Of a stretch of 64,000 nt of DNA, positions 19,752 through 29,495 are shown piece by piece (the first letter of the stretch is position 1; every line of letters starts with the position of its first letter). A program made the position numbers and the translations under genes. The notes beneath the pieces are model-generated. The model did not search any database, was not told the origin of the DNA, and saw only the letters and a list, made by a program, of their open reading frames with translations. The DNA comes from Ilumatobacteraceae bacterium (GTDB taxonomy: Bacteria; Actinomycetota; Acidimicrobiia; Acidimicrobiales; Ilumatobacteraceae), in assembly GCA_044338135.1 (NCBI GenBank), contig JBIIMF010000001.1:8752-72751 (forward strand), in the 5' to 3' direction.

Positions 19752-20279
19752 TTATTTGAGTGAGTCAATGAAACGCAGAGTTGCTTCGGCGATTTCACGA
19801 CGCCAGTTTTGCACTGTGTCATTTTTGCTCTCGTCATCAAGACTGCTCTCAATATTGCGTTGCAGTGTTTTGATGTTTTTGCGTTGAGTTTTCAACATGT
19901 CGGAGATATTGATGCCGCATTCGTCAGCTAACACCAGTTTGAGCAGCAACTCACTACGCATATCGCGCAGATGGACGACAGGCGTGTTGATCCACGTGCG
20001 AAGAATCGCACGACCAGGCTTGGTAATCGTGAGAAGAGTTCGATTGCCCCCGGCCAGTCCTACTTCTTCGCCCGATTCTTCGACGTATCCGTGAATCTGC
20101 AGTTGTTCAAGAGCGCGGTAGGTGAGTGGTCGAGTTAACGACCAAATACGACCGATGTCAGAACCGGGTTTGAGTCGTGCCGCGATGGCAAAACCATGCG
20201 ATGGCTTTTTGTATAACAAGCCAAGACATGCCCACTCGCCAAGAAGCAGATCGTGTGACTCGCGAGCCTGGCGACTCAC
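19752..20279 (-). CDS. PadR family transcriptional regulator
   Basis: Winged helix ACLGLLYKKPSHGFAIAARL...LTRPLTYRALEQL. The GTG start overlaps the modC stop (GTGA). Confidence 0.8.
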   Translation of the reverse strand: MSRQARESHDLLLGEWACLGLLYKKPSHGFAIAARLKPGSDIGRIWSLTRPLTYRALEQLQIHGYVEESGEEVGLAGGNRTLLTITKPGRAILRTWINTPVVHLRDMRSELLLKLVLADECGINISDMLKTQRKNIKTLQRNIESSLDDESKNDTVQNWRREIAEATLRFIDSLK

Positions 20280-20959
20280 AATTTTCCTCGATATTCAGAT
20301 GTCGGTCCGTCCCAGATAACTTTGCCGTGGTCAAGCTCGATGATTCGATCACTCATCGAAAGCGCATCATCTAAATCATGGGTCACAAGAATTCGATATC
20401 CGGCAAAGCCAGCGAGAACTTCGCGAAACTCGGCGCGCACGAGTTGTCGTGTTGCGGTGTCAAGACCAGACATCGGTTCATCAAGTAAGAGAACTTTAGG
20501 TTGGGTGATTAAAGCACGGGCGATCGCGACCCGTTGGGCCTGGCCGCCACTCAATTCTCGGGGCTGTCGTTCGAGTAAGCCGGAAAGGCCAAATTGACTG
20601 ATCAATGGTGCGGCTTGGGCTGCAGCAATGGATTGTTTGATCTTTCGGGCGCGAAGTCCGAAAACAATGTTCTCCAAAACATTCATCGTTTCGAAAAGGA
20701 GTCCACCCTGGAAAACTATTCCGACATTTCGTTGTGTGGGTTCAAGGAAAGCTTCTGTCGTCGCATCATCGAATGTTTCGCCGTTGAGCACCACCATTCC
20801 TGATGTAACGGGCAGCAAGCCAGCAATGGCGTGAAGGAAAGTTGATTTACCCGAGCCATTGGGCCCCATGATCGCGACAACTTCGCCCTCGTTAAATGTG
20901 AGGTCAACGTCGAGCGTGAAAGTGCCGCGCGACAACGTGAATCGAGTATCCAGAGTCAC
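20276..20959 (-). CDS. modC: Molybdate ABC transporter ATP-binding protein (short form, no TOBE/Mop domain)
   Basis: Walker A GPNGSGKST, signature LSGGQAQRVAIARAL and Walker B LLLDEP. A GTG at 20959 overlapping the modB stop (GTGA) is preferred over the longer ORF start at 20992. Confidence 0.8.
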   Translation of the reverse strand: MTLDTRFTLSRGTFTLDVDLTFNEGEVVAIMGPNGSGKSTFLHAIAGLLPVTSGMVVLNGETFDDATTEAFLEPTQRNVGIVFQGGLLFETMNVLENIVFGLRARKIKQSIAAAQAAPLISQFGLSGLLERQPRELSGGQAQRVAIARALITQPKVLLLDEPMSGLDTATRQLVRAEFREVLAGFAGYRILVTHDLDDALSMSDRIIELDHGKVIWDGPTSEYRGKL

Positions 20960-21774
20960 AGTGTGAGGCCTTGTTCGGTGCGGCCTAGCCAACGATCACG
21001 GAGGGCAATCAAAATTGAGAAGGCGATTGCGATCATCAGTAGCGAAAGAATGAGGGCCGACTCTGGGTTTGAATCAAGGGCAGCGTACGTCGCAAGTGGC
21101 ATCGTTTGGGTGGTGCCTGGCAAGTTGCCGGCAAAGGTAATAGTGGCGCCAAATTCTCCGAGTGCTCGTGCCCAAGCCAGTACTAGACCAGCAAAGAGAC
21201 TTGGTTTGATACTGGGCAAGGTGACACGACGAAAGACATACCAGCGAGAACCACCGAGGGTTCGTGCCACATCTTCAAATCGCGTATCCAGCTGTCGTAA
21301 AGCTGCCTCGACGGTGAGAACCAAAAAGGGCATTGCTACAAAACATTGTGCCATGACGACAGCGGTCGTTGTGAAGGGCAGACGAATTCCGAACCAACTA
21401 TCGAGGTATTGGCCGATGAGCCCCCGTCTTCCGAATGTGAAAAGCAGCGCGATGCCACCGATCACTGGAGGGAGAACCATTGAAAGAGTCATCAGGGCTC
21501 GAATGAATCGACGGCCCCGAAAGTCAACTCGCGCTAACAGCCATGCAAGTGGAACCCCGAAGACGAAACAGACAATTGAAGTAATTAATGAGGTTTGAAC
21601 CGACAACCACAATGCGTCGCGAATCTCTCGACGGGTCACGATGTCCGTGAATTTGCTCCACGGTGTGCGCCATAAGAGGCCAATGAAGGGTGAAAGAAAG
21701 AATGCAACTGCAGTTGATGCAATCAGAATGATTTGCCACGGGAGTTTTTGGCGGTGTCGACGGGCTTGATTCAT
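20956..21774 (-). CDS. modB: Molybdate ABC transporter permease
   Basis: ModB-type EAA loop (ARTLGGSRWYVFRRVTLP). 4-nt overlaps with modA and modC. Confidence 0.85.
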   Translation of the reverse strand: MNQARRHRQKLPWQIILIASTAVAFFLSPFIGLLWRTPWSKFTDIVTRREIRDALWLSVQTSLITSIVCFVFGVPLAWLLARVDFRGRRFIRALMTLSMVLPPVIGGIALLFTFGRRGLIGQYLDSWFGIRLPFTTTAVVMAQCFVAMPFLVLTVEAALRQLDTRFEDVARTLGGSRWYVFRRVTLPSIKPSLFAGLVLAWARALGEFGATITFAGNLPGTTQTMPLATYAALDSNPESALILSLLMIAIAFSILIALRDRWLGRTEQGLTL

Positions 21775-22565
21775 GGAAGACCAAACCCGTGTTGAGAGAG
21801 AATCGCCCGACCGTCTGGTGACAACAAGAAATCAATGAAATCGCGAGCGAGTTCTTTGTTATCTGAGGTACTGATGATTCCGATCGGATACTCCGCCAAG
21901 ATGTTGAACTCTGATGGGATCTCAACACCATCCACTTCGCCGTCGGCCGCTACGACCTCAGAGTGATACACAATTCCGGCATCGGCTTCGCCGCTAGCTA
22001 CCTTGAGCATGATGCTCTTGACATTGTTCTCCAAAGAATCAGGAGTAATGGTGACGCCTGCCTTCTTCATTACTTCGGTGGTATAACGGCCGATGGGTAC
22101 ATCGGGATTTGTGGTGATGAAAATCAGATCAGAGTTGGTGAGATCTTGCAACGACAAGATGTTGAGGGGATTGCCTCTTTCGACGACGATTTCAAGATAG
22201 TTAGTTGCGAAAATGACGGGCGATGAGTCAAGGAGACCTTCTGATTCAATCTTGTCCATATTCGTGACATCGGCAGAAGCGAAGATGTCGACGGGTGCGC
22301 CCTCTTGAACGAAGCGAGCGAGGTCAGATGATGCCCCTAAGTTGAATTGAACATTCACACCAGGATGGACTTTTTCAAAGGCAAGGCCGGCGAGCTCAAA
22401 GGGCGTAGCTAGTGACGAAGCTGCGTAGACATGAAGTGTTGTTGTCTCTTGGTTATTTGACTCTGATGTGCAGGCCGAGAAGAAGGCGATCGGTGCAAGG
22501 ACAACGGCGAAAGCACGACGACCAAACATGGGGTCACGATATCTGCCGATTGCAGAATTAGTCAA
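21771..22565 (-). CDS. modA: Molybdate ABC transporter substrate-binding lipoprotein
   Basis: Lipobox FFSAC. ModA-like motifs (YAASSL, DIFASAD, PIGRY). The start may be at 22529. Confidence 0.85.
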   Translation of the reverse strand: MTNSAIGRYRDPMFGRRAFAVVLAPIAFFSACTSESNNQETTTLHVYAASSLATPFELAGLAFEKVHPGVNVQFNLGASSDLARFVQEGAPVDIFASADVTNMDKIESEGLLDSSPVIFATNYLEIVVERGNPLNILSLQDLTNSDLIFITTNPDVPIGRYTTEVMKKAGVTITPDSLENNVKSIMLKVASGEADAGIVYHSEVVAADGEVDGVEIPSEFNILAEYPIGIISTSDNKELARDFIDFLLSPDGRAILSQHGFGLP

Positions 22566-22592
22566 TTATTGACTAATTCTGCGTTTGTCTTG

Positions 22593-23156
22593 TTACTGCC
22601 CCGAAAAAATTGACCTGATGAGGGGTTCAAAATACTCGAGTGACTCGCTTTTGTACTCCGGATCAAAGGCCACCTGGTCGTACTTCGCGCAAAATTCTTC
22701 GGTATATGCGTAATGCGGATTTTCAACAAATGCATCGCGTGTGTTGCGATCAAGACCAATGTGATGCCAGAAGTAGTAGCCCTGGAAAATTCCGTGGTGT
22801 TCAACCATCCAGTGATTGGCTTCACTCACGAATGGCTTCACGATTGCGGCAGCAATTGCAGGGTGGTTGTACGGCGACAAGGTGTCACCGATGTCATGGA
22901 TGAGTGCGCATGCGACGTACTCATCTTTTTCGCCACCACGCATCGCGCGAGTTGCTGTTTGTAATGAGTGCTCAAGTCGCGACACTGGGAACCCGCCATG
23001 ATCGCTCTCAAGATGACGGAGTTGTTCGAGAATGCGATCGGGCACCAACGACTGAGTGTGCTTCATGCATTGCATGATGTTGTCCCACTCTGGCTTTGTT
23101 GAATCTTCGAAACGAGTGAACGTGGCTCTCTCGGTTGGGTTTTCGCTGATGGTCAT
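22593..23156 (-). CDS. HD domain-containing protein
   Basis: H...HD...H...H pattern (LEHSLQ, ALIHDIGD, NHPAI, HWMVEHH). The spacing is reminiscent of HD-domain diiron oxygenases; unverified. Confidence 0.65.
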   Translation of the reverse strand: MTISENPTERATFTRFEDSTKPEWDNIMQCMKHTQSLVPDRILEQLRHLESDHGGFPVSRLEHSLQTATRAMRGGEKDEYVACALIHDIGDTLSPYNHPAIAAAIVKPFVSEANHWMVEHHGIFQGYYFWHHIGLDRNTRDAFVENPHYAYTEEFCAKYDQVAFDPEYKSESLEYFEPLIRSIFSGQ

Positions 23157-23206
23157 ACTTCCCCCTTGTTGCTCTCAACTGTACAAACTTGTAATCATTC
23201 TTGCTT

Positions 23207-23863
23207 CTAAATTTCAACAGCAGTGTGCGGGGGAATCAGGGGAGTGCCATTCAACAGCCCAGCGATTTCGGCCCCGTCAAGACCAAGTTGATTCATTTGA
23301 TCAATAGACCTTCGACCCGTCAGACTGCGCATCAGTTCGAAGCGCGATACTCCCGTATCCAGTATTTCTTGAGCACTTCCAGGAATCTTCACTTCAACCA
23401 TGTTGAGTAGCCAGCCGAGCGCGACATCAACAGCTAATGAATCTTGTGCACCAGCACGTCCGACTGCGTGACGTAGATCGTGTTCGTGCGTCACCGCATC
23501 CATCATCATTTGCGAATTTACGGGACTTGGGATGTGGGGTAAAACAACATCAAATTCAGTTGCGATTGCCAGCCAAGTATCGGCCAGTTGGGATAGTGAC
23601 TCGCCTTCATGGCGATCAACTTGGGCCTGCGTCCACGCATCGGTCGTGACACCTTCCATGCGTCCAGCCAGAATGTCTTCGGGCACGCCGACGATGTGAG
23701 AGATCAGACTGCTGACTTCCCAATTGGGGCAAAGCGGGACCGACAATGAGGCCTGAGATTCGGGAATATCCCGTATGAGGCCAACAACGCGCTCACGAAA
23801 TTGTAAGTAGGCCTGTACGACTTCAGCATCCGATAAAAGAAAGGTCATAGGGCAGTATGCCAT
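23207..23863 (-). CDS. DinB-like / maleylpyruvate isomerase family mycothiol-dependent enzyme
   Basis: N-terminal four-helix DinB_2-like region with SHIVGVPED and later His residues. Typical size of about 215 aa. Confidence 0.55.
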   Translation of the reverse strand: MAYCPMTFLLSDAEVVQAYLQFRERVVGLIRDIPESQASLSVPLCPNWEVSSLISHIVGVPEDILAGRMEGVTTDAWTQAQVDRHEGESLSQLADTWLAIATEFDVVLPHIPSPVNSQMMMDAVTHEHDLRHAVGRAGAQDSLAVDVALGWLLNMVEVKIPGSAQEILDTGVSRFELMRSLTGRRSIDQMNQLGLDGAEIAGLLNGTPLIPPHTAVEI

Positions 23864-23890
23864 CTCGTTTGAAGGTGATAAGAAATAGAT

Positions 23891-24319
23891 ATGCGTTTAC
23901 AACTTGCCCTCAATGTTGACAATCTCGAGGAAGCCATTGACTTCTACACAAAGTTGTTTAACACCGAACCTCTGAAGGTCAAATCCGGCTATGCCAATTG
24001 GGCAATCGTTGATCCGCCGTTGAAGCTTGTCATCTTTGAAAAAGGCGGCGAGCACGGCACGATTAATCATCTTGGCGTCGAGACAGACACCGCCGAAGAA
24101 GTAGTTGCGGCAGATCAGCGTTTGCGAGCTGCGGGATTAGAGACAACTGGTATTGATGACACTCAGTGTTGTTTTGCCGAAAAGACCGAAACTTGGGTTG
24201 ACGGAGTTGATGGGCATAAATGGGAGTTCTATGTGAAGCACTCTGATGTTGAACAGTTCGTCAATCTCCCACTTGGTCGCATGAACGAAGGTGGCAGCAA
24301 CGCTTGCTGTCCCTCGTGA
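23891..24319 (+). CDS. ArsI/CadI family VOC (glyoxalase-fold) metalloenzyme
   Basis: MRLQLALNVDNLEEAIDFYTKLF, NHLGVE, vicinal Cys (QCCFAEKTETWV) and HKWEFY. Confidence 0.75.
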   Translation: MRLQLALNVDNLEEAIDFYTKLFNTEPLKVKSGYANWAIVDPPLKLVIFEKGGEHGTINHLGVETDTAEEVVAADQRLRAAGLETTGIDDTQCCFAEKTETWVDGVDGHKWEFYVKHSDVEQFVNLPLGRMNEGGSNACCPS

Positions 24320-24320
24320 T

Positions 24321-25415
24321 TTAGTTACTGTCGGCGGCAAAAAATTGCTCAGCGACCATCTGCAAAGTCTGAATTGCATCTTGTGGTGATCGCAGGCCAC
24401 GGAGAGTTTCGTTAATCAACACCCATCCAGCATCTTCAACTTCGGGAAAACGAACATGTGATGGATAGGTAATCATCGCTTGATTGATTGTCTCGCGAGT
24501 AATGGCCAGACGCTCGTGGTCAATCTCATTGACAGGAGTGACTTGTGCAAGCGCTTCAACGTTGGCGCACATGTTTCCTCCACTCGCGTCAAGGCCATGC
24601 ACCTCGGCTGACATCAAACGGCGAAGGAGGGCGGTGGCCCCGTCGATATCGCCGCATGTCGTCGGTATTCCCCATGCATGACAACCCGCATAACTGACCC
24701 AACGTTTAGCCCCCGATGGATAGCGATGAGGACGCAGTGCACCAGCGAACTTTGATGAATTGATTGAACCCCATGCTCCCGGCCATGCGCCCGAAGCATC
24801 GGTGGTGCCATTCAAAAGTGCAGCGTCAACTTGGTCGTAATGCCAATTTGGTAAATCAGCGTCAGTTTTCTGCGCAAGCGCGATCAACATCTCGATTGCA
24901 TGAATTGATTCATCTGAATCAAAACAGGGTTGTTCGTCATCATCGAAAATTCGACCACCTGCACCGATCACCATTTCGAAGAAGGTCCCAAAGAGACCTG
25001 ATTCTTTTCCAGGGAAACCAAACTTCATGTCGCTCGCAATCAGATCGTCCCAAGAAGTTGGTGTTGTGGCGACTCGGTCCGAACGAAGCCACATAATGCG
25101 TACATCAATGAGGCGTGGAATTGTTAAGAGCTGTCCGTGATAACGACAGAGATCAACCGCGAGTGGAGCAAGTTCATGAATCGCAGAATGGTCAATGAGT
25201 GAATCGAGTGGTCGTAACCAATTCGCCTGTGACGGTGCATATTTTGAATGTGTTGAAAGAAGATCAATCCGTTCACCGGCAGTCAGCATCTCAGCAACCT
25301 TACGATTCAAAGTTGGATGATCAGCGTGGACTACTACCTCAACGCCGTACTCGTCAAAAATTGAATAGAGGTGGTCGTACATTGGGCCACCAACGAGCGC
25401 TATACGTAACGTCAC
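24321..25415 (-). CDS. Solute-binding-protein-like protein lacking a signal peptide
   Basis: Family-1 extracellular SBP-like sequence, but it begins MTLRIALVGGPMYDHLY with no signal or lipobox. Confidence 0.55.
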   Translation of the reverse strand: MTLRIALVGGPMYDHLYSIFDEYGVEVVVHADHPTLNRKVAEMLTAGERIDLLSTHSKYAPSQANWLRPLDSLIDHSAIHELAPLAVDLCRYHGQLLTIPRLIDVRIMWLRSDRVATTPTSWDDLIASDMKFGFPGKESGLFGTFFEMVIGAGGRIFDDDEQPCFDSDESIHAIEMLIALAQKTDADLPNWHYDQVDAALLNGTTDASGAWPGAWGSINSSKFAGALRPHRYPSGAKRWVSYAGCHAWGIPTTCGDIDGATALLRRLMSAEVHGLDASGGNMCANVEALAQVTPVNEIDHERLAITRETINQAMITYPSHVRFPEVEDAGWVLINETLRGLRSPQDAIQTLQMVAEQFFAADSN

Positions 25416-25423
25416 CTTGATAC

Positions 25424-26128
25424 CTATTGGACGATTCGTACGCCGGAAATTCCGCCGTCAATCAGGAGTTCCATACCTGTTGTGAAAGTACTCGGTGAGA
25501 CTAAATAGAAAACTGCGTCAGCAACTTCTTCACATTCGACAAGACGGCCCATCGGTTGACGCTTACGTAATGACTCCATTGTTTGACTCGGATCTGGAGT
25601 TGTCGCCACAAGTCGTTCAACCCACGGACTTGCAACTGTGCCTGGAGAAACACAATTGACACGAATGTTGTGAGCAATTTCATCAGCGGCCATCGCCTTG
25701 GTCAGTGAAAGTACGGCACCCTTTGAAGCTGAATACACGGCTCGCTCCACAAGACCAACAGTTGCTGCGATCGAACAAGTATTCACGATGAACCCCGAAC
25801 CCTGTTTGCGCATGTGGGGAAGTACTGCCCGTGACATATTGGCAATGCCGAAGACGTTGACCGCAAAAACACGCTGCCAGTCATCGAGAGTTGAATCAAC
25901 GACATCACCGACGCTGCTGATGCCGGCGTTATTGCACAAGACATCGATACGGCCATGTTCAGCAACGACTCTTTCAATCGTGTCGTGGCACTGTTGTGGT
26001 TGAGAGAGATCAAATCCGTCCGCGAGATCTAGACCAACAACGATGTCTCCATCTCGTGCGAAGCGAGAACTGATCGCGGTGCCGATGCCTCCTGCTGAAC
26101 CAGTAATAACAACAATGCGTTGCGTCAT
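25424..26128 (-). CDS. SDR family oxidoreductase
   Basis: TGSAGGIG, NNAG and YSASKGAV motifs. ATG at 26128 is preceded by AGGGGG at good spacing; the ORF-track start at 26191 is probably too long. Confidence 0.85.
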   Translation of the reverse strand: MTQRIVVITGSAGGIGTAISSRFARDGDIVVGLDLADGFDLSQPQQCHDTIERVVAEHGRIDVLCNNAGISSVGDVVDSTLDDWQRVFAVNVFGIANMSRAVLPHMRKQGSGFIVNTCSIAATVGLVERAVYSASKGAVLSLTKAMAADEIAHNIRVNCVSPGTVASPWVERLVATTPDPSQTMESLRKRQPMGRLVECEEVADAVFYLVSPSTFTTGMELLIDGGISGVRIVQ

Positions 26129-26209
26129 GATGCCCCCTTGGTCGCCATTGAAGTGGGCGAATGATCTAAGTATTGTCCATATTGTTGGCAATTGTTATGG
26201 TTAGCGGTA

Positions 26210-27502
26210 ATGACCCGCATCTTGTCAGCCTCAACCCATGACCTTCGAGCCCGAACTTCGCGGTCATTGGCAGGCTCTGACGCCAATCACCCAGATCCCG
26301 ACTATTCGGCTGCCTACGTGATTTTGCATACCGACTCTGCTCTCGAGGGACACGGCATGACATTTACGATCGGCCAAGGCAATGAACTGTGTTGCGCGGC
26401 GATCGAGGCGTTGGCGACATTGGTGGTCGGTCGCAATCTGTCCGACATCGTTGACAACATGGGTGCGTTTTGGCGACAAGTCACAAACCATTCGCAACTT
26501 CGCTGGCTAGGTCCCGACAAGGGTGTGATCCACCTAGCGACAGCCGCACTTGTCAACGCGGTGTGGGATTTGTGGGCCAAAGAACGTGGCGTGCCGGTTT
26601 GGAAATTGGTGACTGATATGGAACCAGCACAATTTGTTGACTGCATTGATTTTCGATATTTACGCGATGAGGTAGATGAAGTTCGCGCTTTAGACATGTT
26701 GACGAAAGCACGAGTTGGCCGACAACAGCGATTGGCGCATCTTGAACAAAATGGGTACCCGGCCTACATCACATCGGCTGGCTGGCTTGGCTATCCCGAA
26801 GACAAAGTGCGCGATTTGTGTCGTGGTGCGATCGCTGATGGTTGGAACAGTTTCAAGACCAAAGTCGGAATTGATGTGGCATCGGATATGCGCCGATGTG
26901 AAGTGATGCGCGAAGAAATTGGCGACAATCGCCAACTCATGGCTGATGCCAACCAAGTGTGGGATGTCAATCAGGCCATTGAATGGAGCAATCAACTTCA
27001 GCCGTATGGCTTACGCTGGATCGAGGAGCCCACTCACCCTGATGACATCTTGGGTCATGCTTCAATTAGGCGGGGCGTTAAACCGATTGGTGTTGCGACT
27101 GGTGAACATGCCGCCAACCGATTGATTTTCAAACAACTTCTTCAGGCTGAGGCGATTGATTATGCCCAGATTGATGCATGTCGCCTGGGTGGTCTCAACG
27201 AAGTGCTTGCAGTATTGCTATTGGCCGCCGCACGCAATATCCCGGTCTGTCCACACGCGGGTGGAATTGGTTTGTGCGAATACGTGCAACACATCTCGGT
27301 GATTGATTATTTGAGTGTGAGTACCTCGCTCGAAGATCGAACAACCGAGTATGCATCTCACCTTCATGAGCATTTTATTAATCCAATTCAAATGCGAAAT
27401 GGTCATTACCTATTGCCACAAGCTCCGGGCTATTCAATTGAAATGAAGCCAGAGTCAATTGAAATACTGAATTATCCCAATGGTGCTGAGTGGCGTGATT
27501 AA
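26210..27502 (+). CDS. fucD: L-fuconate dehydratase (enolase superfamily)
   Basis: GSDANHPDPDYSAAYVILHTDSALEGHGMTFTIGQGNE, KTKVG, ADANQVW, IEEP and ATGEH, matching the FucD subgroup of mandelate racemase-like enzymes. Confidence 0.8.
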   Translation: MTRILSASTHDLRARTSRSLAGSDANHPDPDYSAAYVILHTDSALEGHGMTFTIGQGNELCCAAIEALATLVVGRNLSDIVDNMGAFWRQVTNHSQLRWLGPDKGVIHLATAALVNAVWDLWAKERGVPVWKLVTDMEPAQFVDCIDFRYLRDEVDEVRALDMLTKARVGRQQRLAHLEQNGYPAYITSAGWLGYPEDKVRDLCRGAIADGWNSFKTKVGIDVASDMRRCEVMREEIGDNRQLMADANQVWDVNQAIEWSNQLQPYGLRWIEEPTHPDDILGHASIRRGVKPIGVATGEHAANRLIFKQLLQAEAIDYAQIDACRLGGLNEVLAVLLLAAARNIPVCPHAGGIGLCEYVQHISVIDYLSVSTSLEDRTTEYASHLHEHFINPIQMRNGHYLLPQAPGYSIEMKPESIEILNYPNGAEWRD

Positions 27503-27505
27503 TTC

Positions 27506-28456
27506 GTGATCCTTGAAACGCGAGGGCTTGGTCAAAGTGGACCATCGGTTTCACGGATTGGGCTTGGTTGCGCCCCGTTTGGAAATTTGTTTTCTGAAGT
27601 TTCGGATGAAGATGTTCAAGCAACAGTTGATGCTGCGTGGGACGGGGGAGTTCGTTTCTTTGATACTGCTCCGTTGTATGGCCACGGATTATCGGAGATT
27701 CGCTTGGGGAAAGCATTAGCGAAATATCCTCGTGAGCAATATGTGTTGGCAAGCAAAGTTGGTCGACTGTTACGTGAGCCGGTCAACAAGATCTCACCAA
27801 CAATATTCAAGAACGTTCCAGACCTTGAACCCATATTTGATTACGGCAGCAAAGCTGTGCTGACTTCAATTGACGAGAGCTTGGATCGACTGAACGTTGA
27901 TTACCTTGACATTGTTCATGTCCACGATCCTGATGATCATGAAGATTGGGCGATCACCGAAGCTTTTCCAAGACTCATACAACTGCGCGATGAAGGTGTA
28001 ATTAAAGCGGTTGGCTGTGGAATGAACCAGACGAAATCACTGACTAGGTTTGTTAACGAAGTTGATCTTGATTGTTTGTTGTTAGCTGGACGGTACACGG
28101 TGCTTGATCACGCATCTGGCGCTGATTTATTGCAGCTTTGTTGCGAGAAAAATGTCGGTGTCGTGCTTGGAGGAATATTTAATAGCGGGTTACTTGCAGA
28201 CCCAGACAAGAACAAAACTTTTGACTACGTTGATGCCACACCCGAGATACTCCAAAAAGCCAATGCCATAGCCGAACTTGCGCGGTCGCACGGATTTTCG
28301 TTGCCTCATGTTGCAGTGCAGTTCGGATTACGAAATGCATCTGTGGCATCAATCGTGATTGGAGCTCGAACAGCGAGAGAAATAAGCCAGGATCTTTTGT
28401 ACGCCACACAGGAGATCCCCACAACGTTTTGGGATGATCTGCAGTCACTGAGTTAG
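27506..28456 (+). CDS. Aldo/keto reductase (D-threo-aldose / L-fucose 1-dehydrogenase-like)
   Basis: GLGCAPFGN, FDTAPLYG, KVGR and DIVHVHDPD. 3 nt downstream of fucD. Confidence 0.85.
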   Translation: MILETRGLGQSGPSVSRIGLGCAPFGNLFSEVSDEDVQATVDAAWDGGVRFFDTAPLYGHGLSEIRLGKALAKYPREQYVLASKVGRLLREPVNKISPTIFKNVPDLEPIFDYGSKAVLTSIDESLDRLNVDYLDIVHVHDPDDHEDWAITEAFPRLIQLRDEGVIKAVGCGMNQTKSLTRFVNEVDLDCLLLAGRYTVLDHASGADLLQLCCEKNVGVVLGGIFNSGLLADPDKNKTFDYVDATPEILQKANAIAELARSHGFSLPHVAVQFGLRNASVASIVIGARTAREISQDLLYATQEIPTTFWDDLQSLS

Positions 28457-28467
28457 TCTCGCCTCGT

Positions 28468-29034
28468 ATGGTGTCGTCTTTCTTCTTGAGCTTTGGCGTA
28501 ATTTTTGTTGCCGAACTCGGTGACAAAAGTCAGCTGATGGCCATGGCGTTTGCGGCGCGTTACAAGGCACTTCCAGTTTTAATCGGAATTTCAATCGCCA
28601 CTGCAGTGACTCATGCAATGAGCGTTGCGCTTGGTGCAGTTGTCGGCTCGCGGCTACCTACTGACGCAATTGCGATTATCGTCGGTATAGCTTTCCTCAT
28701 TTTTGCTGCTTGGACTCTGCGAGGTGATGCACTCACCGAAGAAGAAGCTGAAGCCGCGCAAAAGAACACTCGCAACGCAGTTATCGCAGCAAGCATTGCG
28801 TTCTTCTTGGCCGAACTTGGCGATAAGACAATGTTGGCGACAATTACTTTGGCGGCCAAAGAGGACGTGTTTGGCACGTGGCTCGGTTCGACGCTCGGCA
28901 TGGTGTCAGCAGATGCTCTTGCGATTTTGGTTGGATATCACTTGGGATCACGTTTGCCCGAGAAAACTATTCGTTACGGCGCATCAACTCTTTTTGTGAT
29001 CTTCGGAATCTTGTTGATTGTGCAGGGCGTGTAA
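28468..29034 (+). CDS. TMEM165/GDT1 (UPF0016) family cation transporter
   Basis: Two copies of the E-x-G-D-K-(S/T) motif (ELGDKSQL, ELGDKTML) and about 6 TM helices. Confidence 0.85.
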   Translation: MVSSFFLSFGVIFVAELGDKSQLMAMAFAARYKALPVLIGISIATAVTHAMSVALGAVVGSRLPTDAIAIIVGIAFLIFAAWTLRGDALTEEEAEAAQKNTRNAVIAASIAFFLAELGDKTMLATITLAAKEDVFGTWLGSTLGMVSADALAILVGYHLGSRLPEKTIRYGASTLFVIFGILLIVQGV

Positions 29035-29045
29035 ACCAGTTTCTT

Positions 29046-29495
29046 CTAAATACGAATAATGTTGATGTCCCTACTGCTCAAACAATTTTCAAAATCGTCG
29101 GTATCACTGGTGATGAGCACAATGTCGCGTTTGTCGACGAGGGCTAATGCGGCGATGTGTGCATCTACTACTGAAAGAAACGGAAATTGTTGGCGCAAAG
29201 TTGCTGCGTGGTCGGCTGTCAAGTTGTCGAGTGAATGATCGTAGTTAGCGATCCGATTTACGAAAGATGCGGCGGGATCTTGGCGATTGATCAAAGCTTC
29301 GACACGGACTGTTGTTGGGACGATCAGTGTTGCTTGGAAGCCTCGCTGTAGGAGGCTTTGGAATCGTTCAATAATGGCCAGCATCCGACGATGTTTTGGA
29401 TGTGAATGGTGAGATAAGGCTTGGATTGCTTCGTTATCCAGAATCAGCAATGTTCCGCGGGACAAGATTGAACTCTTTGTTTTCTTCGAAGTCAT
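29046..29495 (-). CDS. PIN domain toxin-like protein
   Basis: LILDNEA, VVDAHIAALA and ITSDTDDF acidic residues in PIN order. The ATG at 29495 overlaps the upstream gene's stop (ATGA). Confidence 0.65.
   Translation of the reverse strand: MTSKKTKSSILSRGTLLILDNEAIQALSHHSHPKHRRMLAIIERFQSLLQRGFQATLIVPTTVRVEALINRQDPAASFVNRIANYDHSLDNLTADHAATLRQQFPFLSVVDAHIAALALVDKRDIVLITSDTDDFENCLSSRDINIIRI

Noticed and set aside
20963-21598. 211-aa plus-strand ORF antisense to modB
   Set aside because: It lies entirely inside modB, which has clear permease motifs, and its basic low-complexity composition is typical of a shadow ORF.
28457-28467. Expected Mn2+ (yybP-ykoY) riboswitch upstream of the UPF0016/GDT1 transporter, and a Moco riboswitch upstream of modA (22566-22592)
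   Set aside because: The intergenic gaps are only 11 and 27 nt, too short for either riboswitch.
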